DNA of 56,766 bases, the filler included, from Diploschistes diacapsis (Eukaryota): the NCBI GenBank assembly GCA_023645945.1. It is 4 parts of 4 records of this genome, joined end to end, with 100 filler letters (N's around TTAATTAATTAA, not from the genome) between each part and the next. Parts side by side here need not be neighbours in the genome. Positions count along the whole stretch, not along the records: positions 1 to 14,242 come from JALAIB010000614.1; positions 14,343 to 28,435 come from JALAIB010000616.1; 2 more parts are not named here. One strand, written 5' to 3'. How positions within the stretch are numbered: the first letter of the stretch is position 1; each line of letters starts with the position of its first letter. Shown in pieces: positions 13,101 through 25,092 of this stretch. The translations under genes were made by a program, and so were the position numbers. Under the pieces are notes generated by a model. That model was not told the DNA's origin and searched no databases. It saw only the letters and a list, made by a program, of their open reading frames with translations.

Positions 13101-14077
13101 CTCTTTCGAGCGAAGATTCGGTCTTGGGATGCTGCTTAAAGTGTAGCCTGGACTAGGCAAATCTGTGGTTTTTCTGGCGCATCTGACAACAGTGACCCTC
13201 CATCTCGCGGCCTGCAAGAGGTGTTTCATAAGCCGTCCGTCATTCTATGCGGTGTCGTGCATTTGTCTCTTGCATGCATCCATGCAGTACTATTGGTAGC
13301 ATCCGAGTCCGCAAAGTCAATCTCATGACACCAAGCAAGTCCAGACTTCGTGATCTATGACTAGCTCAAGGTCCAGCTTCTATTCTTAACCCCCATACAA
13401 AGTATCATCTCCCTCTGAATGACACCCACGTTTTCCGCTTTACCTGTCCCCCTAAATCGGCCAGATCGCTGCGAACACGCCATAAGCCGCCCATAGCGTC
13501 CCTCAGCTGCTGTTCCCGACAAGACAGCTTCGATACCCCATTGGCCACAATCTGTCCAGAGCTTCGGTAAACAAGCTACTTAAGCGAGAGGATTGACACC
13601 TTCACTGAGTTTCAGTTCTTCCACCAGCATTCGACTGTTTGTTGCTGAGGAAAGGAGCTATTGTCAGCCTTGTCATGATTTGAGACCTCGACTCGTCGCT
13701 GCGGCGCGACTTGCCATATGTCGCGACGTGCAAGGCATATTGACTGTTAGGTGAGTCTGTTCGACTTCAGTTTGTGCCTAAGCAAAAGGCTGAAGAGGGA
13801 GAGGAAGAAGAATACAAAAGGCCGCTCTGTTCCCCAACTCGTTTGCTTTGACACCAGTCTATCGAAAGTCTTCCGAAACGGAAAACCCCCCCACCCATCA
13901 CCTCGATATCCATTTCCGTTCTCATCCGCCAATACACACACCTCATCCTCTTTATCCACCCCCACCAGCCCTGATCATCCAATCTCCCAAAACCTATCAC
14001 CCTAGAAGCTTTCAAGCACCACCAAACAGCGAGCCAACTATCCCATCCACCAAACCTTGAAAATTCCAACCCAAAAG

Positions 14078-14242
14078 ATGGGAGCCCAAGCCTCGTCCCT
14101 CTCCCCCTCCTCCTCGGCCGCCCTCAAGCCCTCCTTCCAAACGCCCACCTCCCGCACGAGCAACCCAACAACCAGCACATCCCTCACGCCCCACCTCCCC
14201 TCTCCCAAACTCCCTACCGCCTTCTCATCATCATCATCATCA
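14078..14242 (+). CDS. 5' fragment of an unknown Ser/Pro/Thr-rich protein, truncated by the gap
   Basis: The ATG follows a C/A-rich leader, and the frame MGAQASSLSPSS... stays open into the N run. Confidence 0.4.
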
Positions 14243-14342
14243 NNNNNNNNNNNNNNNNNNNNNNNNNNNNNNNNNNNNNNNNNNNNTTAATTAATTAANN
14301 NNNNNNNNNNNNNNNNNNNNNNNNNNNNNNNNNNNNNNNNNN
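14243..14342. other. Artificial contig spacer N44-TTAATTAATTAA-N44
   Basis: Exactly 100 nt. The 12-mer gives stop codons in all six frames and is identical at three places. Confidence 0.98.
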
Positions 14343-14460
14343 CCCCCCCTCTTGGTGGCAATACAGCAGCAAGTCCATGCCCAGCGGTCCCAGAAGATCC
14401 TAGCAGCGTCAAGTAAAACCCGTTTCCTCATCCAGAGTGCGCTAGCTCGCCATGACTTAC

Positions 14461-16579
14461 TCAGTACGTCAGCCCATGTTCCGCGCCCTCGGCACGGTAT
14501 CCCAGATCCAGCAGCACCTCTCGCTGATAATCCCTGAGCTCCTGCGTCAGCGGTCCATTTCCCTGCTCCTCCTCCCTCTTCTTGGCCTTTTCCTCCGCCT
14601 TCTTCTTCTGCTCCTCCAGTAACCTCTGTTTCTCCTCCTCCCGCCTCTGCTTCTCCTCTTCTCGTTTCGCCGCGCCCCACGCCCGGAACTCCTCCGTGTG
14701 GCTCGTCATGAACAGCACCACCTCCCGCGTCGCCAGACAGTCCTCGATGGGGTCATGCCCCAGCTTGCCGTGGTTCTGGATCGCCATCCCGAGCAGCTCC
14801 GCGCAGAGCGCCTTGAGGCCCCACTGCCGACGCACATTGGCCCCCACGGTCCTGCAAGCCAGAATGCCCGAGTCGACGACCTTCAGGTGCAGCAGGCGCA
14901 GCACCTCCAGGTCGTTGTTGAGCGCCTGACCGATCAGAACCGTCTGCGCGTCGATGAAGCTCAGCAGCGCACTTCGCGCCTGCTGCCACCCGGACAGCAC
15001 TCGGCCCGCCGCCTTGGCCTGGCGCATCATGGCCGACGTAACGCCGCTGTACTTGCTGCGCCAGTCGAGGACGCGGGCCTGCGGCTCCACGAACGCATCG
15101 ATTAGGATCTCGGCCGTGAAGTAGTCGACGGCGCTGAAGCGGACTACTTCGCTGAGACCGCCGGCCACGCCGGCCATTTCGCAGTCCAGCACGACGGCGG
15201 AGCGCCGGTTGGGGACGAAGTGCGAGGGTGTGAGGGCAAGGGCGACGTAACGGTCTCGACTTTGCCAATCGAGCTCTTCGTACGAGTGTTCGGAGAAGAC
15301 TCTGCAGCCTCGGTTGGCCTTGTCGCAGCAGCTGTAGACCTTTTCTCTCTTCTCGTTCTGGGAAAAATAGTCTTAGTGAAGTGCTCGACAGAGACTATCA
15401 CTCTATAGATCTTTGAGAGCTTACGAGTTTGAACCCTTTGGATGCATGAGAAATGCACTCCTTTCCATTGCGGGTTTTATGGAACTTGGCTTTGCCAGTA
15501 CAATTTCTGCACCTGCGTTGTTCGTTGAGCTCAAAGGTGCTGTACGGGGTCAGCCGGTACTTGGCCCTTTCTAGCTCTTCCGCGGTGCTGAGGTGGATAC
15601 AAAGAGCATTCCACGCTCCCACATGCTCACTTTGGTACAAACTCGTCCAGGTTGGCTGTGCTAGCTGGGGAAGATCTGTAGATGCTTTCTGCTTGGCAGG
15701 GGTTCCGCTGGGCGTTGTCGTTAAATTTCTTGTAGCGGTCTCTTGCTGTATATTCAACTGCTTGGAGGTTGAGTTTGGCGGCAGCCTGTTAGATACCCTG
15801 CCAGCCTTTGCAGGTACAGTTTTGGGGGACTCGGGAGGAAGCGAAAACCGTCCTATAGGTGCTGTCTCAGCCTTTACAGATACGGTTTTGGGGGGTTTGG
15901 GAGGAAGCGTTGAATGTCTGTTGTCCGCTGGGCCACGCCCTGCAAACACCGTAGTAGCTGGTGTTGTATGTTCAATTTCCGTTAGGCCATGCTCCGCAGA
16001 TACAAAAGTAGCCCCCTCCCCAATATGGAATTTATGAAGCCCCTCTGTCGCCAGACTAATGCCGTTATTCTTCCAAGGTAGAGGACTCTCGTAGGCCGAA
16101 AACGAACATGGGGTTTTAGAGTAGGCATCTTCGTTGGAATGTAGAGCCTGGGTTGATGAAGGAGCCTGGTTTTGTTTCAGTTTCCTCACATTACTGAGCT
16201 CCTTTGGAGATGCCCCAGCGCCCTGCTTTCTCTGGGATGTCCCTGAGCTCTGCTTCTTCGGAGATGCTCCAGTGCTCTGCTGAACAACATCATCGATCGC
16301 GCCGTCCAATGTAAACGGAAGCGTCTGAATCGCCTGAGCCAGTGGTTGAAGCTGAATGGTTAATTCATCTGCTGTGTCCTTTTCTTTCTTGTTCCCAGTT
16401 CGTCTTTTGGCTGGTGGTTGATGTGCAATACCTGATTTGTGACCGGTGCTCCTTCCATGGCGCTGTAGGTCGGTGGAAGTTCGAAATTTGCGATTGCAGC
16501 AAAGGCAAGGCAAAGTACGAGACAAAGGGTTCTGCCCTTCTTGAGAAGGCCGGTCTGTCGTAGATGTTGGGAGAGTCAT
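14461..16579 (-). CDS. DEDDh 3'-5' RNA exonuclease (Rex3/REXO1-like) with an N-terminal C2H2 zinc finger, 2 exons, ~683 aa
   Basis: Intron 15358-15424 (GTAAGC...CAG, phase 0). C2H2 finger CLCCNRKFRTSTDLQRHGRSTGH. Cys/His motif CISH...YSCCDKANRGCRVFSEH. Exo motifs AVVLDCEM, YSGVT, LIGQALNNDL and GHDPIED. C-terminal charged coiled coil. Confidence 0.85.
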
Positions 16580-16784
16580 AATGAGGGTATGAATAGTTGA
16601 ATTATCGAAAACGAAACCTTGTGGCTCAAAGATAGAGCTTCAGAACAATCATTCTAGAAACAAGAAGATGGTGCCTGTGCCACAGTTCTTCGATGCTGTG
16701 AGTTTGCCTTGAGCTTAGATTTATGGCTCAGCTCATCTCTTCAAAGTCTGTCAGTTCGCTATGTCAAAGATCTATTGCTCACTT

Positions 16785-17472
16785 TCACGGGGCTGTGAAG
16801 CTCGGTGAGGCTGCTCGATGTTTGCGTGTTAATTCAACCGCAAGGCTGAGGGGAAAGAAAAGAGAATGGTGATCTCTGCATGTTCTTTCTATTGCATGCC
16901 AAGAAACAACACTGTCAGGTTGCTGACCATGAACGCAAAGGATGTGGTCTACAGTATATTCCTTTGACCGTAGTAACAATGAGATGCAGGTTACGGAGAA
17001 CTGATGTTCGTAAGTAAGTCGAGCACCCGAGCATCCAAGCATACAGTCCAATAGAAGAAGCACGTCAATGTTCTCCAAGCGCTACTCAGCAGCCCCAACA
17101 ACAGTATGCAATGGCCAATTTGCTTCCTCTATTTTCATACCATGCATGCTTCAAATCCTCCACGATGATTGTGAAGCGCTTCGCTGTGATCGCAATCACT
17201 TGAGCTTCTCCTATATATTAGATCATCGATCTATGGTTCCAGACTGGGGACTTTATCACGCCTGGGCCATTTTACTTTCAACAAGTGACTAGCATTTCAC
17301 GTGCAACAAGTTGACTGAAATCAAGAGCGGACTCCTGCCATTGAAAGCCTGCCCAAAAACATTCCGTGATATTCTGTACCAGCCGTTCGAAGTGAGGCGG
17401 GCGAAGGAGCAGGGCGAAATATTCGCCATAAGCGTGGACCTTACGGCGGCTTTTGACTGTGTTGTTTGGCAT
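16785..17472 (-). pseudogene. Possible degraded fungal caspase-like (peptidase C14/CHAT-related) gene
   Basis: Fragments occur in the expected order across frames and stops: YGEYFALLL, WQESALDFSQLVAREM, SKLAIAY, AAE*RLENIDVLLLLDC, SFTA. They resemble the YxxVxVLLLxW / LLIVYYxGHG / DVLLLLDCC / SFT pattern, but the catalytic GHG is absent. Confidence 0.3.
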
Positions 17473-18405
17473 GTTACCTGCATTTCACTGGAAGGTGGAT
17501 TGCCTTTCACCTATGCATGTCGGCTTCATAGGGGCGGTCTAGCAAAGGGCAAGTCTTGTCATCATTATGAGCCAAGGCGACCCGCCTTGAAAGTGACTTA
17601 CGGGCTTTGTTGCAGGAATCTTCTTCCTAGCCTTTCGAAGTCTGGCCCATCCTGCTCCGCGTGTAACAGTCCTTGGATCTTGCTTTGAGCGTGCCATTCT
17701 GCGGGTCATCGAGGTTCTTCGAACTATTAAATGAATGCTTGTGAAGGAATGATCTCATGCAAAAATCCGAGTTCATCTAGATCACCTTCGCTTACTTCGG
17801 CTCGCCTTGGGAAGTTCCATGTCTTTCATTCGCGGAGTGGCTCCTGTTTTCACCTGAGCTTTGACATGACTAGATCGAGTGCGGCCTCGCTTCAGCGGGT
17901 GATATAGAATTCGAAGAGGGCCAGACACAAGGAAAGAGGAAAGATATAAATGATAGATTGGGAGGGAACAGGCTAGAATCGAAGGAAAGGAGATGGAGAT
18001 TGCTCAAGCTAGTTGCTTGTGAGGTTGGAGATAGGAAGGCTTCTGACTGATACTGACTAGCACCCAGAGAAAGAGGACGCAAGTTGGGCAACAAGGTTCC
18101 GGTGAAGGCTCTTTTACTAGTAGTAATCAACATCGCGTGTATAGCAATCCTTACTGATAGGGTAGAGTTCCTACAAGTGAAGGCATCCATCACAGATGTG
18201 AGAGACTTGATGGAGCCTGTCATCCTCGCTACTATTTGTATGAGTTGCAGCCTGACGCACATGGTGACAACTTCAATATCGAAGGCTTCCCCAGCGTTCT
18301 GTCAGGTGGCCTCACTGAACGTTTCTGAAATAGCGGTGCAGACGATGGCCGTTCAAGGCCTTTGTTCACCGATCCTTTGTAGTGCTTTGCAGAGGGAGCT
18401 AGTCA

Positions 18406-20749
18406 TCATCGGATCCATTCACAGACGACTCTTATGCCTCTTTCAGTATGACTCTCAGCACCAAGCATCGCCGGTGCGGAGTCGACAACGCAGAATTCCA
18501 GCTTCTTTTCCACATCATCGGTTCTTCTCCGCAGCACCAGTTCTTCTCCCAGTTGCAGCATTGAAACGTCAATTCTTTGCATATCTCCACCCGGCAGAGC
18601 ATCTCCGCTTTCTAATACTCCTTCGCTCCCGCTTTTGTATACTTTTAAAGTCACATTACCTCTTGAATATGAAGACTTAGGAGTGAAACCACAATCGGAT
18701 TCAGAAGCAGAAGCATTCAAGAGGTTTGGCTGGGTGCTGAAGGCTACGCTATCGAAGGAGGCATAGAGGGCTATGCTGTCTGCTTGAAGATATGCAGATT
18801 GGTAGGGAGAGACCGAGGCGCAGTGGTTCTCAAAAGGATAATGCTTATCTGGCTCTTGACTAGTGAATATCAAAGGGCGATCACCTACGGAAACTTTTAG
18901 AGGCTTCTGTTCCAAGTAATCTTGGACTGACTCATGTTCCGAGGAAGATGACACTTTAACACTTGTTCTCTCACAATTCGAAGACGTGGGCTCCCTGGTA
19001 CTTGGCACAGTTTCACGTTCGTCACCATTCCGTGCGTATGGACGAATCGTGAAGGAGGAACCTCTCGAGCTGACCTGGGATTCTGTACCTTGACCGGTTC
19101 CGTTGCTCTGCGACTTGTCACCTGCTTCGGCGTCTATTCCTTCTTCATCTCGCCATAATACAGAATGTTCTTGCCGCTCTTCTTCGCTGGTGTTCTCAGC
19201 TTCTCGTTGTAAAATTTGATGTGAAGTGTTCGAGCGATTGATGCTTCTTCCACTAACAATGGAGCCTTCGGGGATAGACTCGATCATGTCTTTCAAGGCC
19301 AGTTTCGCGCTCTTTTCATCAACTCCGTTAGTACCAGCTTCGGCAACGAAGGTTTCAAGTAGATTTGGCGCCAAGGGTAGACTGGTGATTGTCGCCGCTG
19401 AACTGTTGGACGATGTTGATGGAGCAGGCAGGGTAAGCTTTATCATGTTAATAGCGCTCTGGTTTGGACAGTCCACGGAAGGCCTGCCACAAGCTCTAGC
19501 TATTTGGGTGATCTTAATCTCGGTTTTAACGTCCTGATGGACAGCTGCTATGGTCGTACGCATCCGTTCCATGGTCTCCTTGCTATATCCCACAAGGTCA
19601 GGTACGTACCATTCTTTGTAGACCTGGCGATGCGCTTTTGACACGAAGAAACGCCCATGTGCTTGGATGAATGCGTTACATAAGAAGCATGCTTTCTTTG
19701 ACGATCCAATCACGCGCGGCCTAGAACAAGACGACGTCTCGTAGTGAACAACCAGCTGTATCTCAGCATGCACAAACTGCTTGTGTCTTGTATTTGGTAC
19801 ATAATGACACTCGAAATGCTCAAGTCGCTCAATCTGGAGGTGCCTGAACAGACCTCGATAGGATCGGGAAAATTCCGCTAGCTGTGCACTGACGCGCCAG
19901 TAATTTGCAATCTTCCCAATGGACTCTACTAACTTTACACTCGCCTTTATCTGCAGTTCGTCTGTACGGGCACGGAGCGATAGACCATCGATTGTCAAAG
20001 CGAACGCGCTCTTTATTAGCGATCTTAATGTATCAGCTTTGGGTCTTCCCTGACTCTGCTCAATCTGTTGGAATGCATCGTCTAGTTCGATGGTTTGAGA
20101 CAAAAGCTCTGTATATTTCACAGAGCCCTGGCAGCTGAAGGGTGCCAACTGAACGAGCGCATTACGGAATGCTTTTGTTGGTGGGCCTTTCGAATTTCGA
20201 AAACCACGCTCTTCATACCATCTGGAATCAAGCCTCCCCAAAACCCTGTTTGAATCGAGGTCAACAACGATTTCAAAGATTTCTTCGGCGCAAACGGGGC
20301 GGGGAATCCCTTCGGATACGGTCAGTTATGTCAACCGCAAGGAGTGCAAATCAAGGTAAAGGCCAGATCTTACTTTTATCCGCACAGCGCTTTAGAACAG
20401 CAGCAATAGCATCCAGCTTCTCTACCACGCAATCTGCAACTCCTTCGTTTGCTGCCAAGCGAATAACAAGTCCTGAAAAGCGAGGCTGCACTTCAATCGC
20501 AGCTGTTGTAACGTAGTCAACACCAAATTCATAGGCCGCGATAAATGCGAAATCATCCGCAAGTTGTAGCTCCTCCTCGAAAGGGAGACGGTCGATTGAG
20601 TCTTCTTTGAAGTGCTCCGGCAAAGGATGACTGCATTCTATTGGAACAGGTTTCAGATTCTTGAGCTTGCTCACAGCGTCCCAGAATGCTCGCTGGCCCA
20701 CCGACTTCCATATTGAATTCTTTGGCGACGCTGTTTGGGGGGATTTCAT
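18406..20749 (-). CDS. OTT_1508-like nucleic acid/nucleotide deaminase, 2 exons, ~759 aa
   Basis: Intron 20310-20373 (GTAAGA...CTGAC...AAG, phase 1) joins ORFs 20351-20812 and 18406-20241. Deaminase signature VHAEIQLVVHY...IGSSKKACFLCNAF...H..VY..W. The N-terminal LADDFAFIAA...VTTAAIE...LVIRLAANEG is typical of the fungal members. Confidence 0.82.
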
Positions 20750-21244
20750 GCTTCGTCTAAGCTCCGCTTTCGAAATGCCTTCCGCATAACCTCGTGCTAT
20801 TCTCTTGTTCAACTTCTATTGTAAACTTGTCGAGTGGTTGAGCTCGCAAGGCTGCATTATGCATGTACCCAGCAGACCAATCACAGACAAGTTGACGGCA
20901 CATCGAGATCAAAGCGCACAACGATTCGAGAGGAGCAAACCTAGTGGAGATAGACGCTGAAAATATCAAGCCGGAGCCACTAGCATATCAGATGCACTGG
21001 GTTATCAGACATACAGATATACCATATAACAGTGTTGCGATAACAGCGCAATTGGAAAAATCTCTCAAAATGCCAAAGCGCGTGTCAATTCGTACAAGTA
21101 CCTCCGCGGAGATTCCCATGGTATTGTAAAAACTCGAACGTTCATCCCCAGGGATTCAAAAACTGGTGGATAGAGAATGCTACATATTGTGACCGATAAT
21201 TGTCGTTGTAGCGGTCTCCTCGGAAGCCAACTTCAAAGCACCGC

Positions 21245-22229
21245 TCAAGCCTCTTTGCCATCCAGCGAGGCCTTCCAAGCTCTGAAGTAAGTCTCAGTAT
21301 TCAACAAGAAGTCTTCCTTGTTGGGGGTACCATCCAATAACCGTCCTAGCTCTAGAGCCTCACTCTTCATCTTCACGCTGAGCAACTCCAAGAAGGGCTG
21401 ACCACCTGGACCACATAATCAACGTTCGCCTCAATACCGGCAGCCTGCTTTGCAGCCTCCATAATATCCACAAGCGGCAAAGTCTCGCCCAGGAGGTCGA
21501 AGACCGGCCATGTCCCCAACCTGCCCTCGATTCTGTTAGCAGCAACATGGAAGCCAGCAAAAACATCGTCAATATGGACCATGCCTATGACAGCATCTTT
21601 ATTCGCAGGAATCGGCACCGTACTGATTTGATCTTCTGAGTGCTTCATTTTCAGCCAAGGTCTGACCAGAGCCCAAGCGCCCAAGAAGTTCGACCATAGA
21701 TCACATGGGGGCGCATGATGGCCACGTCCAGCACATCTCTTGCTGCGGGGACCAGCTGCTCATTCTCTGCCACTTTCCCGCCCTTGACAAGCGCTCCAGT
21801 GTCTCCTTTCGCAAGTGCGTTTCCGACAGGAGATCGATCGTTGACACGTTTACTTGGGGATCCGTAGACACCGCTGCCACTAGTGTAGATGTATCCAGTT
21901 TTTGGACCAACTGCAGGCGGTGTTGACATCTCAAGGCCTCGGAGCGTTCCTTGCCTGCCGCAACAATGGCATTTAGTATATCAGCTGAGACATCATGGGC
22001 TGAGGTGCAGTTGATGATAACATCAATGTCGTGCTCGGTGATTGCAGCTTTGAGAAAGTCAATGTCTGATACAGACCCGATGACAGGCGTAACTTCATTG
22101 GGAAGGAGGGATTTAGCGGCTTCAGGGCGCCTTACCACGCCGTAGACGTAGTGAGTCCCTGTGCGGAGCAAAGAGGGGGCGAGAGGGGCGGCTATATAGT
22201 CCGTAGCGCCTAAGGAGGATATTTGGCAT
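21245..22229 (-). pseudogene. Frameshifted NAD(P)-dependent epimerase/dehydratase (atypical SDR) pseudogene
   Basis: A continuous SDR can only be read by switching frames: MPNILL / LGATDYIA...VYGVVRRPE...DVIINCT / GYIYTSGSGVYG...AIMRPHVIYG / MVHIDDV...WPVFDL / RARTVIGWYP...AWKASLDGKEA*. The Rossmann GxxGxxG is degraded to GATDYIA. Confidence 0.8.
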
Positions 22230-22725
22230 CCCATGTACAGAAAAGGATAGTGTGGGATAAGTATCTTGGATGCACAGCTCGATAAGAGTGATGTTTTGTG
22301 GAAGCTGCTGTTCTGATGCGGGCTCGAAGCCTGCATATAGGTCTTGGGTGGCCTCCACGAGGAGAGCATTTTTGGTGCATTGGGCGGTATTGTTCCTCTC
22401 TGTGATTTTGGCTTTGAAATCAAAAGATGGGGCCTTGGATACCTAAGCCGACGGTGCCGCCTCTTTATGCTAATGAGTTGGCAAATCTTTTTTAGTTTGT
22501 GGTCGGGCATGGCGGGATTGGCATAGAAATTGGGCGGCAGGTGGCGGTTCTGACGGATAGGTCTTTCAGGCCACGCCAGGGCCTCTATCATCATTTTTCA
22601 AGAAGTCTCGTTGACTTGCTTCATTGCATCTTTATTGCTTCTTCGCTACTTGCCAATCATGGGATATCTGACTTCAGAAGATGTTTTCGATGTTAAAGAG
22701 ATCAGGGTCCATAAGTTCCGTCCAG

Positions 22726-24260
22726 TCAATATCCATATCCGCCCATGCCTCGGACATGATCATATTTGGATCGGTCGAAGTGACTGCAAAACCTTCCTTC
22801 AAGCAGCCAAGCTCCTTTTTCTTTCTTCTGCTGCGCAATTTGAATCAATAACTGCGCAGTTTCGTACGCTTCCTTGGTGGTTTGAGTACTGGAAACCTCA
22901 TTGATCTGTAACAATGCAGGGAGGACTTCCGGAATCATTTTTAGACTGTCGAAAGAGTCTGCAGAGAACAGCACACATAGGAACTGGAAAGGGGTACTGA
23001 TGACTTCCGCCAGGGTTGTCTCTTCATCACGAGAGCGCACGCTGCCTGTGTGCCCCTCTGCCCAAATAGAAAGGATTTGCCTTGTGGTGTTCTCAGCAAG
23101 GCGAACATTCATCAGAGTGGGTCGCCGGTATAGCAAGCAGGCGACATCGCCGCGCCCAGGTGATATGTACACGGGGTCATTGTCTCGTGGAGACTGAGCG
23201 AGCCTTTCTACGGCGTCAGCGTAGTCTCGGACTTCAGTGTCCTGATCTGATGTCGCAATCGCAACCTGTGGTAAGGCACGGGCTGTATCCACCAGCAGCT
23301 GAAACGTCTCACCAGGCTTCCAATCGATAAGCCTGCAGTTGGTCCCAATAAGCTCAACACTGCTACGGGCCGTATTCTGTTAAAATATAGACGTTTAATC
23401 GTATACGCTGTCCAGTATAACCGCTGCGCCTAGTATCAAGCTGAACAGCATTAGGGGTCATGGTGCACGATCGTTGTCAAAGTGTCCCACTCTTTGTGGA
23501 GTCCGGTTGGGCTTGTTGTTGCACGCTGACAGATCGCTCTGATGACCCACGCCCCAACATAGTAAACGCAGATTTGAGCGGTGACATCTGGAAAATATTT
23601 CTATCCATCCATGTAATAGCTTGAGAGACGAGCTCTCCTTCCGAGGAAATATATCTAGCCAGCTAAATAAGATCCGAGAGCGACAACAAATGTAATGAGC
23701 ATCTCAAATGGAGGATTGTGGAGGATTGTGGAGGATCGTGGAGGATCGTGGAGGATCTCTGTATAATATCTGAGTAAACGAGACATGAACTCATCCTGCT
23801 CATGGTAGGCATGCCATCGATGCACAATGCTGAAAAAGGCCAAAGTATAGCGTTGAGCGTCGTTGAGTGCGAGCTTCTCGCTCAAGGTGGAACAAAACCT
23901 TTCCGGGCATCAAAGACTGCCCGATCTTGGGCCACGTGGTTAGGACGGTCATCCCTGCCAGGCGTAAGAGGCAGAGAAGCAACGTTACCAGCCTCCAAGT
24001 GGGTGTGGCCATTCGCTGGACCCTCCCCAGCATAGGTGCAGACATATTCAAAATCCTGATGGTTCATCCACCAATGAAGGCCACCATGATGACTACTTCT
24101 TTAAGTAAGGTGTACGACAATCACAAAAGTGCCATCATGGTATAACTAGTATCGCCCTGTCTCCAAACACGGCAACAAAGCTCTGTCGCTACTGCTGTTC
24201 GCCGGTGAAAACCCTGCGGATAGACTGCTCGGGAGTATTTCAATGATTCAAGAAGCATTC
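22726..24260 (-). pseudogene. Degraded gene, possibly a Zn(II)2Cys6 fungal transcription factor
   Basis: Interrupted fragments RRTAVATELCCR (resembles RRTxxACxxCR), YVCTY, LLRYYTE...FVVALGSYLA, and a 188-aa helical C-terminal ORF. Multiple stops and frameshifts. Confidence 0.3.
23709..23757. repeat. 10-nt tandem repeat (TGGAGGATYG) x5
   Basis: Read directly, inside the decayed gene. Confidence 0.9.
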
Positions 24261-25092
24261 TGATGCTGTTTAGCATCTGCTGCCCGCTGGCAGCAGAGGT
24301 TCGCACCTTCACTGCGTGGGAGGAAGCCGAACGAAATAAAATACAATCGAGACAGTTGGTGCAAATGATCCAAATCCCTAGATCTCTTTCCATAAGAACG
24401 ATACCCAATGTGATTCCTTTGAATAAGGCCCCTGCTCCGCGATGTAAGGAAGGAGACCAAGCTTATTTTCTAAGATAATATCTTTATCATTCTTATTGTC
24501 TGAGACCGCCAAGTCTCTCGAGTAGCCTGCCTACTGCTATAGACATCAAAAGGACATTAACCCCGTAGCTCAAACCCTGCAATGGAATATGCATTCTGCT
24601 TTTTGGGTATGCTGTGATAGAGAGGCAGATGTTGGTTGAGCCTTGCTGGACTCGAGGGGGTGTGGACTAGACAAGTGGCGGAATGTCATCAGTCATATAT
24701 TCTATATATAAAAATAGCCGGTATAGGTATAGAAGAGCATGTTGGATTTTTACATTCAAATGCCGAGGGCTCGTGAGCGCTCCCAAACGTTATTGTCCAT
24801 AATATAGACCACCAGGCAATATTGACATTTTCAACGGGCACTTTTAGGCCATCCAAAAGCCCAGGGATGTTTCAGATTAATTATTAAATACTGAAAGTTA
24901 TGGGAGAGCTTTAAAGGAGCCCAATTTATCTTGTATTTGATCCGAAGCATCTCTCGAGTTCTTGTATGGGCATAAAGTGATGGAAGGTGTCCGGTGTGCG
25001 AATTATTTTTGACATCGCCTGACCGCTTAGAACCGTTCTCTCTCAGAACCTGTGCATCCCGTTCTCTCCTCTTCATAAAAGAAGCGGATCCT

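Noticed and set aside
14287..14298. TTAATTAATTAA palindrome recurring every ~14.2 kb
   Set aside because: It is an assembly linker embedded in Ns. The periodicity reflects similar contig lengths.
18084..18680. 198-aa plus-strand ORF as a possible antitoxin or immunity gene for the deaminase
   Set aside because: It has a non-ATG start, overlaps the deaminase 3' end in antisense and has no recognisable features.
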